A DNA stretch of 64,000 nt. Origin: Rickettsiales bacterium. GTDB lineage: Bacteria; Pseudomonadota; Alphaproteobacteria; Rs-D84. Positions within the stretch are counted from its first letter, which is position 1; every line of letters begins with the position of its first letter. The notes under the pieces are model-generated. The model searched no databases and was not told the DNA's origin. It saw only the letters and a program-made list of their open reading frames with translations. The DNA lies in the NCBI GenBank assembly GCA_031254335.1, contig JAIRUP010000011.1:9199-73198 (forward strand), read 5' to 3'. Below, one piece after another: positions 16,057 through 22,659 of the stretch. Position numbers and translations under genes: made by a program.

Positions 16057-16065
16057 ATTATAGCA
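16057..16065 (-). promoter_or_regulatory. Extended -10 TGCTATAAT, 6 nt upstream of ATG 16050
   Basis: Minus strand reads TTGACC-N18-TATAAT-ccttat-ATG. The TTGACC lies inside the hairpin module at 16066..16110. Confidence 0.45.
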
Positions 16066-16110
16066 TTACCTGGGTTCTCGGGTCAAGCTCGACCATGACA
16101 ATTTTTATTT
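16066..16110. repeat. Intergenic hairpin module ATTACCTGG..TCGGGTCAAGC.CGACCATGACAATTTT
   Basis: Homologous to the reverse complement of 63855..63905 and to the split copy at 598..745. Stem GGTCGAG/CTCGGG-type around a TCAAGC loop. Confidence 0.5.
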
Positions 16111-18196
16111 ATCCTATCACTAGATTTTTGGAATTGGCGTCAAGGTCTACCATTCCGCCGGGCTTCGTTTTCCCGGACAGGATAAGGTCCGCGATTTTGT
16201 CCTCTACCTCCGTCATAATCAATCGCTTCAACGGGCGCGCGCCGAATGCCGGGTCATAGCCATGCTCGGCCAGCCATTCCACCGCGCGTTTCGATGTGTG
16301 AAGCGACAGGTTTTTTTCCTGCAACCGTTTTTCCAGATTGCCCAGCTGTATTTCCACAATGTCGTCCATGACTTTGCGCGAAAGCGGCTGGAACATTATG
16401 ACTTCGTCTATTCTATTCAGAAATTCCGGGCGCAGGCTGCGTTTAAGCAACGCCATCACCCCGTCCGTATCGTTCGGGTTTTCCAGCAGCAAATCAGAAC
16501 CCAGATTGGAAGTCATTATTATAATGGTGTTGGAAAAATTCACCGTGCGGCCCTGTCCGTCCGTAAGGCGGCCGTCGTCAAGGACTTGCAGCAGCACATT
16601 GAAGACATCGCGGTGCGCCTTTTCGATTTCGTCGAACAGCACGACCTGATACGGCCTTCTCCGCACGGCTTCGGTAAGCGCGCCGCCCTGCTCGTAGCCC
16701 ACATATCCCGGAGGGCTGCCGATTAGGCGCGACACCGAATGCGGCTCCATATATTCGCTCATGTCAATCCGCACCATCGCGGAATCGTCGTCGAACAAAA
16801 GTTCCGCGACGGCCTTCACCAGCTCGGTTTTGCCGACGCCGGTCGGCCCCAAAAACATGAACGAACCCTGCGGCCGCCTGCTGTCGGACAGGCCCGCGCG
16901 ACTGCGCCGGATGGCGCGCGCGATAACGCCAAGCGCGTTGTCCTGGCCCACCACGCGCTTCGCCAGCTCGCTTTCGATTTTCAATAATTTCGACTGCTCG
17001 TCTTCCGATAATTTTTGCACGGGTATGCCGGTCCATTTGGAAATCACCTGTTCGATATGTCGCGCGCCGACGGTTTTCAGGTCTTCGGAACTGTTCTTTT
17101 CAAGCCGCGCGATTTTCGCCGTCAGCTCCGGGATTTTTCCGTTCTGCAAGCCGCCCGCCGCCGCGTAATCGCCGCGCCGAACCGCGCTTTGCATTTCGGC
17201 CTTGGCCGCGTCAAGTTCCTCTATCGCGCCCGCCAGGCCCTTCATGTTTTCGCGCTCGGTCTTCCAGGCCGCGGTCATGGCCGCCGATTCCTTTTCGATT
17301 TCCGCGATTTGCTTTTCAAGCTCGGCCAGCCGTTTTTTAGAGTCGGCGTCCTTTTCCTTTTTCAACGCTTCGCGCTCTATCTTCATTTGCGTCAGGCGGC
17401 GGTCGGTTTCATCCAGCTTTTCGGGTTTCGACGCGATAACAATGCGGACGCGGGCGGCGGCTTCGTCAATCAAGTCAATCGCCTTGTCCGGCAGGAACCT
17501 GTCCGAAATGTATCTGTCCGACAGGCGCGCCGCCGCGACCAGCGCGGCGTCCGAAATGCGCACGCCGTGATGGCCTTCGTATCTTTCTTTTAGTCCCCGC
17601 AGAATCGAAATCGTGTCTTCCACCGTCGGCTCGTCCACGAAAACGGGCTGGAAGCGGCGCGCAAGGGCAGGGTCCTTTTCGATATACTCGCGGTATTCGT
17701 CTAGCGTCGTCGCGCCCATGCAATGAAGCTCGCCCCGGGCGAGCATGGGTTTCAGCATATTGCCCGCGTCCATTGCGCCTTCGGCTTTGCCCGCGCCGAC
17801 CACCGTATGAAGCTCGTCTATGAAAAGAATTATTTTGCCGTCGGAATCTTTGACGGCGTTAAGGACGCCTTTCAGCCGTTCCTCGAATTCGCCCCTGTAT
17901 TTCGCGCCCGCCGTCATCGCGCCCAAATCAAGCGACAGGATTTTTTTGCCCAGCAGGTTTTCCGGCACATCGCCCGAGACTATGCGGCCCGCAAGGCCTT
18001 CGGCGATGGCGGTTTTTCCGACGCCCGGCTGGCCGATTAAAACGGGGTTGTTCTTGGTGCGGCGGGTCAGGACCTGAATCGCGCGCCGAACCTCGTCGTC
18101 GCGGCCGATTACCGGGTCAAGTTTTCCCTTCGCGGCAAGCGCGGTAAAGTCCGTCGTGAATTTTTCAAGCGGGTTTATATTTTCATGTTCTTCCAT
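16109..18196 (-). CDS. clpB: ClpB-type AAA+ disaggregase lacking the N-terminal domain
   Basis: About 695 aa from [14 protein letters not shown] (GAGG Shine-Dalgarno 5 nt upstream). Two Walker A motifs ([16 protein letters not shown]) and a coiled-coil M-domain. The sequence begins where NBD1 normally begins ([20 protein letters not shown]). Confidence 0.9.
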   Translation of the reverse strand: MEEHENINPLEKFTTDFTALAAKGKLDPVIGRDDEVRRAIQVLTRRTKNNPVLIGQPGVGKTAIAEGLAGRIVSGDVPENLLGKKILSLDLGAMTAGAKYRGEFEERLKGVLNAVKDSDGKIILFIDELHTVVGAGKAEGAMDAGNMLKPMLARGELHCMGATTLDEYREYIEKDPALARRFQPVFVDEPTVEDTISILRGLKERYEGHHGVRISDAALVAAARLSDRYISDRFLPDKAIDLIDEAAARVRIVIASKPEKLDETDRRLTQMKIEREALKKEKDADSKKRLAELEKQIAEIEKESAAMTAAWKTERENMKGLAGAIEELDAAKAEMQSAVRRGDYAAAGGLQNGKIPELTAKIARLEKNSSEDLKTVGARHIEQVISKWTGIPVQKLSEDEQSKLLKIESELAKRVVGQDNALGVIARAIRRSRAGLSDSRRPQGSFMFLGPTGVGKTELVKAVAELLFDDDSAMVRIDMSEYMEPHSVSRLIGSPPGYVGYEQGGALTEAVRRRPYQVVLFDEIEKAHRDVFNVLLQVLDDGRLTDGQGRTVNFSNTIIIMTSNLGSDLLLENPNDTDGVMALLKRSLRPEFLNRIDEVIMFQPLSRKVMDDIVEIQLGNLEKRLQEKNLSLHTSKRAVEWLAEHGYDPAFGARPLKRLIMTEVEDKIADLILSGKTKPGGMVDLDANSKNLVIG

Positions 18197-18240
18197 TTGC
18201 GCCTCGTTTTGATTTATTTTATCAAAAATACCACGCCTTA

Positions 18241-18269
18241 TAAATAGGGAACCAATCCGCCTTGTCAAG
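18241..18269 (-). promoter_or_regulatory. Sigma-32-like heat-shock promoter CTTGACA-N13-CCCTATTT upstream of clpB
   Basis: Minus strand reads cttgacaaggcggattggttccctattta, about 45 nt upstream of ATG 18196. Resembles the RpoH consensus CTTGAAA-N13-15-CCCCATnT. Confidence 0.5.
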
Positions 18270-18333
18270 AGGCGGTGAAAAAAGTATTGGCTTCGGCGGT
18301 TGGATTTTTCTATAATGCCGGAAAGGAAGCAGA

Positions 18334-18477
18334 ATGTTCAAAACGAAACCATTGAAGAATTATTCGGATTTCATAGCATTGCGCAAGAATCTTAGATGTT
18401 CATTTGATCACCGCGACGATTCAAAAATTTACAAAAAGCCGCGGTTTGTGCGTATTATCAAAAAAAGATTTGATTGA
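18334..18477 (+). CDS. Possible 47-aa basic peptide upstream of the methyltransferase
   Basis: ATG preceded by TATAAT and an AGGAAG Shine-Dalgarno. [49 protein letters not shown]-rich. No homology recognised. Confidence 0.25.
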   Translation: MFKTKPLKNYSDFIALRKNLRCSFDHRDDSKIYKKPRFVRIIKKRFD

Positions 18478-18504
18478 AGAGCTGGCCCCGTATTTATCGG
18501 ATGA

Positions 18505-19341
18505 ATGATGGATTATGTGAATAAAGTCTTTAACGAAGATGTGATGGAAACCCTCAAAAGGATTCCTGACAATTCCGTCGCAATGATTTTTGGCGACCCT
18601 GATTATAATGTCGGCATAAACTATGCCGGCGCGAGATACACAAAAAAATGGAACGACTATATCGATTGGTATATCGCATTGACGAAAGAATGCATGCGCG
18701 TGTTAAAGCCGGACGGAAATTTATTCATGCTAAATTATCCTAAGCAAAATTCATATCTGCGGGTAAAGTATCTTGACGACAATGCATATTCGGTGAACGA
18801 TTATGTTTGGGTTTATAATTCCAATGTGGGGATGTCGAACAATAAACTAACGACGGCGCACAGGTCGCTGCTGCATGCCACAAAAAGCAAGAATAACAAA
18901 TTTTACAAAGACGCTGTCGCTGTTCCATATCAAAATCCGACGGACAGGCGGATTATGCGAAATATCGCAAATGGAAGCAAAGGCAGAATGCCGTATTCCT
19001 GGTTCTATTTTGATTTGGTAAAGAATGTATCCAAAGAAAAAACCTTTCATTCCTGCCAAATCCCGCAAAAGATGGTTGAAATGCTTATAAACGCGACGAC
19101 TGTTGAAAATGATTTGGTGCAAATCCTATTCGGAGGTTCCGGCGGGGAAATCATTTTGGCGAAAAATATGAATCGCCGATTCGTATCCAGTGAAATTCAC
19201 AAGCCTTATTTCGATTTGATAACAAAACGATTGGAATCAGGCGGAGATATTCCAAAAGTTCTTAAATTAAATTTGCACAAGAACAGAAAAGTGGATGACA
19301 AAACAAATTTATTTAATGAAAAATTGTTATTGGTGGCTTAA
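18505..19341 (+). CDS. DNA methyltransferase (N6-adenine/N4-cytosine, beta class)
   Basis: 278 aa. Motif IV FGDPDYN (DPPY-type) precedes motif I FGGSGG. Markedly AT-rich relative to neighbours. Confidence 0.85.
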   Translation: MMDYVNKVFNEDVMETLKRIPDNSVAMIFGDPDYNVGINYAGARYTKKWNDYIDWYIALTKECMRVLKPDGNLFMLNYPKQNSYLRVKYLDDNAYSVNDYVWVYNSNVGMSNNKLTTAHRSLLHATKSKNNKFYKDAVAVPYQNPTDRRIMRNIANGSKGRMPYSWFYFDLVKNVSKEKTFHSCQIPQKMVEMLINATTVENDLVQILFGGSGGEIILAKNMNRRFVSSEIHKPYFDLITKRLESGGDIPKVLKLNLHKNRKVDDKTNLFNEKLLLVA

Positions 19342-19343
19342 TA

Positions 19344-19796
19344 ATGGCCACCATACATTTCATGCACGGATTCATCGCTTGTGGCAAAAGCACTTATGCC
19401 AAAAAGCTGGCGCGGGAGCTTGGAATTCCAAGGGTCGCGCGGGACGATATTTGTATGGAAATCAAAGGCAGGCCGATATTCGAGTTCGACACCGAGACGC
19501 GGAGAGAACTTATGGACATGACCCGCGCCAGGGTTGCGGAAATCGTCAAGGACGGCAAGGATGTCGTTTTCGACATGGGCAACTGGACGCGGGCTTCGCG
19601 CGACGAAAACAGGAAATGGGCGAAGTCCCTGGGCGCGGATTATAAATTTTACAGCATGAAATGCACGCCGGAAACCGCATTGAAAAGGTCGGCGGCGCGC
19701 GATGACGGATACCCGCCGGAGCGTTTCGCCGAACAATTCAAACGGTTCGAGCCCATGCAGGCCGACGAGGAATTCGTGGAAGTTGATTCGGAATAA
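19344..19796 (+). CDS. P-loop kinase-like ATP-binding protein (AAA_33/zeta-toxin-like fold)
   Basis: 150 aa. Walker A GFIACGKST at the N-terminus. Starts 3 nt after the methyltransferase stop. Confidence 0.65.
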   Translation: MATIHFMHGFIACGKSTYAKKLARELGIPRVARDDICMEIKGRPIFEFDTETRRELMDMTRARVAEIVKDGKDVVFDMGNWTRASRDENRKWAKSLGADYKFYSMKCTPETALKRSAARDDGYPPERFAEQFKRFEPMQADEEFVEVDSE

Positions 19797-19802
19797 AAAA
19801 AA

Positions 19803-19824
19803 GGGGGCCGAAAGGCCCCTTTTC
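19803..19824 (+). terminator. Rho-independent terminator
   Basis: GGGGCC-gaaa-GGCCCC followed by TTTT, immediately after the stop at 19796. Confidence 0.8.
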
Positions 19825-19914
19825 GATTATACCAAAACCGGCACGCCTTCAAGTAAAGCCGCCCGCATGAAAAAAGTGTTGGCATTACATCTCGTTTGAT
19901 ATTATAATGTTTCT

Positions 19915-20024
19915 TGAATCCAAAGGGATTTGGGTTCGGGACCTTCAAAAAGTCCATCACTAAACGGTATATAAAAATGTGCCGTATCCGCTGGGCAATA
20001 AAGCGGCGCGTATGCGCCTTTTTT
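19915..20024 (+). ncRNA. Candidate small RNA (own promoter and terminator)
   Basis: TTGGCA-N18-TATAAT (19879..19908), four short hairpins, then GGCGC-gtat-GCGCC plus T6 at 20005..20024. No credible ORF. Confidence 0.35.
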
Positions 20025-20030
20025 ATTGTT

Positions 20031-20158
20031 TCCCCTGCCAAAGGTCGGGGAGCCGCCAGTTATACAACAGGGGCAACCCAAAGACCGGCGGGGTCATTTT
20101 AGTGATGATTTTTTGAACTCTCCCGACCGCCAACTTCCCGTTGGCGGTTTTTTCTAAA
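20031..20158 (+). promoter_or_regulatory. Structured leader with pseudoknot potential and a terminator, upstream of Cys-rich gene C
   Basis: Interleaved pairs CCCCUG(20032)/CAGGGG(20068) and CCGCC(20053)/GGCGG(20087). GGUCGGG(20043)/CCCGACC(20122) overlaps the terminator ACCGCCAAC-loop-GUUGGCGGU+U6 (20126..20153). Confidence 0.35.
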
Positions 20159-20163
20159 AAAGG

Positions 20164-20619
20164 GTGAAAAAAATCATAAGCAAAAAAATCTTTTTTTTCG
20201 CGGCGGCCGCCGCCATATTCGCGGCGCAAGGGCAATGCTTCGCCGCAAACGACTATGAAATCAAATATAGGATGGTGGAAATCGGCGGCGGATACAACTG
20301 CTTTTGCGGCCTTGAAAGAAAATCGGACGGCAAAACAGGCGGATTCAACCAATACGGCAAATTCATACCCAAGCTCAATCTTGCGGCAATGACCCAAAAT
20401 GAACTAGAATCATTCTGCGGCACACAATATTGCGAAGGATTAGTAGGCCAAAGTAATGGCTATTGCATGCAAGATTGCACAAACGGGCGTCCAAAGGTTT
20501 TTCCCAAATTAGAAGACCGGGTTTGTTATGTCCAGTGCAATAAGTTCGAGAAAAATACCGATGCCATGGAATTTATGAAGGGTTCCATAGACCTGCCTAA
20601 TCCGCTTGTCCGGTTTTGA
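20164..20619 (+). CDS. Cys-rich secreted protein, family member C (intact)
   Basis: 151 aa. Signal peptide MKKIISKKIFFFAAAAAIFAAQGQCFA, then YNCFCGLERKSDGKTGGFNQYG, FC..YC, YC..C, CY..C, ending PNPLVRF. Confidence 0.75.
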   Translation: MKKIISKKIFFFAAAAAIFAAQGQCFAANDYEIKYRMVEIGGGYNCFCGLERKSDGKTGGFNQYGKFIPKLNLAAMTQNELESFCGTQYCEGLVGQSNGYCMQDCTNGRPKVFPKLEDRVCYVQCNKFEKNTDAMEFMKGSIDLPNPLVRF

Positions 20620-20629
20620 CATTCGATTT

Positions 20630-21883
20630 TTATTTGCTTAAATAATTCACGGGGTTCAGAGCGCGGGTGCCTTGGCGAAGCTCGAAGTGAAGCTGCGGGC
20701 TGGATACCTTGCCCGTCGCGCCCGCGCTTCCGATTTTCGCGCCGCGCGCGACCGTTTTGCCGCGCTCGACCAGTATCGTGTCAAGGTGTGCATAGACCGT
20801 CATGAAATTGTCCGCGTGCTTTATGATGACCAAGTTCCCAAGGCCCTTGATTTCGTTCCCGGCGTATGCGACGACGCCGTTCTCCGCCGCCGACACGGGG
20901 TCGCCGCGCACGGCCTTGATATTGATTCCGTCGTTGTAAAGCCCGTTCGATTTCGCGCCGAATTCCGACAGGATTATGCCATGCAAGGGCCAGGCGAATT
21001 TCTTCGCAGAGCGCGGCGGGACTTTTGGAAGGCTTGAAACACTGGCCGGCTTTTTCACGGCGATTGGCTGGGCTGTTGGAGTTGGTTCGGTTTTTTGACC
21101 CCCCACCGAAACCGGCGTTTCAGCCGGTTTCGACTCCCCCGCAAGGGGGGAGTTAGCAGGGGGTGTATCCGCAATGGGGGAGTTATTTGTTAATTGAATC
21201 TGGGCGGGAAGGACAAGTTTTTGGCCGACGCTTAATGCGAACGGCTCCTTCAAATCGTTCATTTGCGCGAGGCTGTTCAAGTCCATTTGGTAAAGCCGCG
21301 AAATCGAATAAAGCGTTTCGCCCTTCGCAACCGTATGCACGAACTGGCTTGGCAAAAACAGCCGGCGGCCCGGGTTCAGCGCATAGGGCGGTTCCAGCTT
21401 GTTCGCCGTGATAAGGTCGCGCAGCGGGACATTGTGCTTACGCGACAGGCTGTAAAGGGTGTCCCCGGCCGCGACGGTTATAATGCTTTGCTGTTGCGGC
21501 ACTGTTTGGACCGGCGCGGGAGCTTCGGCGCGCTTCGGCACAATCAGCACATCGTCTTCGCCGCCGTCTTCCTTCGCCACGGGAACGGGCGGGGCGGGCG
21601 GGTCATAGTCCGACAATTTCCCGGTCGTGTAATAGTCCGATTTCGCGGAAGTGTTCACAGGTTTTTGGACTTGCGCCAGTTGTTGATAGTCCGAGATTTT
21701 TCCGGTTTCGTATTTAGGTTTTTCGGAATAGGGATTCGCCCAGAAACTTCCGGCCCCGCCTTCGTCCGCCTTCACTTCGTTACGGCGCGACTCCGGCGCG
21801 GCGGGTTTGCCGGTAATCGATTCCCGTATGTCGCACGCGGTTGTCAAAAACAGTGCCGCCAAAGCGACCATGACCTTTTTCAT
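20630..21883 (-). CDS. nlpD: LysM-LysM-M23 murein hydrolase activator/peptidase lipoprotein (NlpD-like)
   Basis: 417 aa. Lipobox LFLTTAC; two LysM repeats (ITVAAGDTLYSLSRKHNV.., HTVAKGETLYSISRLYQM..); C-terminal M23 domain (GINIKA.., LHFELRQG). Confidence 0.85.
   Translation of the reverse strand: MKKVMVALAALFLTTACDIRESITGKPAAPESRRNEVKADEGGAGSFWANPYSEKPKYETGKISDYQQLAQVQKPVNTSAKSDYYTTGKLSDYDPPAPPVPVAKEDGGEDDVLIVPKRAEAPAPVQTVPQQQSIITVAAGDTLYSLSRKHNVPLRDLITANKLEPPYALNPGRRLFLPSQFVHTVAKGETLYSISRLYQMDLNSLAQMNDLKEPFALSVGQKLVLPAQIQLTNNSPIADTPPANSPLAGESKPAETPVSVGGQKTEPTPTAQPIAVKKPASVSSLPKVPPRSAKKFAWPLHGIILSEFGAKSNGLYNDGINIKAVRGDPVSAAENGVVAYAGNEIKGLGNLVIIKHADNFMTVYAHLDTILVERGKTVARGAKIGSAGATGKVSSPQLHFELRQGTRALNPVNYLSK
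21099..21155. repeat. Double-hairpin palindromic element inserted in frame in the nlpD-like gene
   Basis: ccccccaccGAAACCGGcgtttcaGCCGGTTTCgaCTCCCCCgcaaGGGGGGAGtta. It encodes ANSPLAGESKPAETPVSVGG in the linker between the LysM and M23 domains. Confidence 0.85.
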
Positions 21884-21889
21884 ATCAAT

Positions 21890-21898
21890 ATTATATCA
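21890..21898 (-). promoter_or_regulatory. Extended -10 TGATATAAT, 6 nt upstream of the nlpD-like ATG 21883
   Basis: Minus strand reads tatgatataat-attgat-ATG. Confidence 0.45.
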
Positions 21899-22044
21899 TA
21901 AAATAAAGGAAGATGGAAGAAGGCAGAAGGAAGGGGCCGGGGGTGACGATATGGGGAAGGGCCCGGGGGGGGGTGACACATTATTTTATGCTTGCCTTGG
22001 CCGCTTGAAACTTGCTAATCTTCAAGAATAGAAGGGAGAATTTC

Positions 22045-22659
22045 GTGGCTATGATTCCACCGGGCTTTGTCATGTCCAGGATTTTGGCGCTTGTTTTGGC
22101 CGCCATGCTTAGCGTCGCGTTCGCCCTTTGGCTTGCTTTGGACAGCCTGTTCCCGCTATCGAAAAAGCAGATTTTCTTCATGGCCGAACAGGAGCGCTTC
22201 ATAACCGTCGCCCCTTATTTCCCGAACACCAAAAACCTTGAACAATTCAAGGAAAACTTCATTCGGCAATACATCAACGAACGGCTTAGCATTCTTCCAA
22301 ACGCCGCCGCCATGGCGCGCAGATGGGGCGCGGCGGGGCGCGTCCGCGCCTGGTCCAGCCCGGAAGTTTATCGCGAATTCTCCGCCGAACCCATGACAGC
22401 CGCCGTTTTGCAAGCGGAACCCTTTTGGTCGACCCGCATTTATTTCCTTGGAAATCCGACGCCAAGGGGCCAGGACCGCTATGCCGTCGGCATCAGAAAA
22501 ATAAGTGAATTAGACACTGGACAGACCGAGGCAAAAATCTTTACAATAATCCTTAGGTTAGAGTTCCAAAGCGACATGGTCGTCAGATGGGAAGACAGGC
22601 TTAAAAACCCATTCGGCGTAGTCGTTTCAGAATTCCGAATTGAAGAGGCATCAGAATGA
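22045..22659 (+). CDS. virB8: VirB8-like (TrbF/ComB8-type) T4SS inner-membrane protein
   Basis: One N-terminal TM helix, FIRQYINERLS-type segment, and the VirB8 signature NPFG near the C-terminus (RLKNPFGVVVSEFRI). GGGAG Shine-Dalgarno lies 6 nt before GTG 22045 (ATG 22051 is an alternative). Confidence 0.7.
   Translation: MAMIPPGFVMSRILALVLAAMLSVAFALWLALDSLFPLSKKQIFFMAEQERFITVAPYFPNTKNLEQFKENFIRQYINERLSILPNAAAMARRWGAAGRVRAWSSPEVYREFSAEPMTAAVLQAEPFWSTRIYFLGNPTPRGQDRYAVGIRKISELDTGQTEAKIFTIILRLEFQSDMVVRWEDRLKNPFGVVVSEFRIEEASE

Noticed and set aside
18197-18268. 24-codon N-terminal extension of clpB ([13 protein letters not shown]..)
   Set aside because: It would overlap the sigma-32-like promoter and lacks a Shine-Dalgarno, whereas ATG 18196 has GAGG at the optimal distance. 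It adds no N-domain homology either way.
19830-20160. Possible tmRNA or 6S RNA in the long intergenic region
   Set aside because: There is no tRNA-like acceptor/T-arm (GGTTCGA..CCA), no tag reading frame and no 6S-like central bubble. The region is better explained as a small sRNA plus a structured leader.
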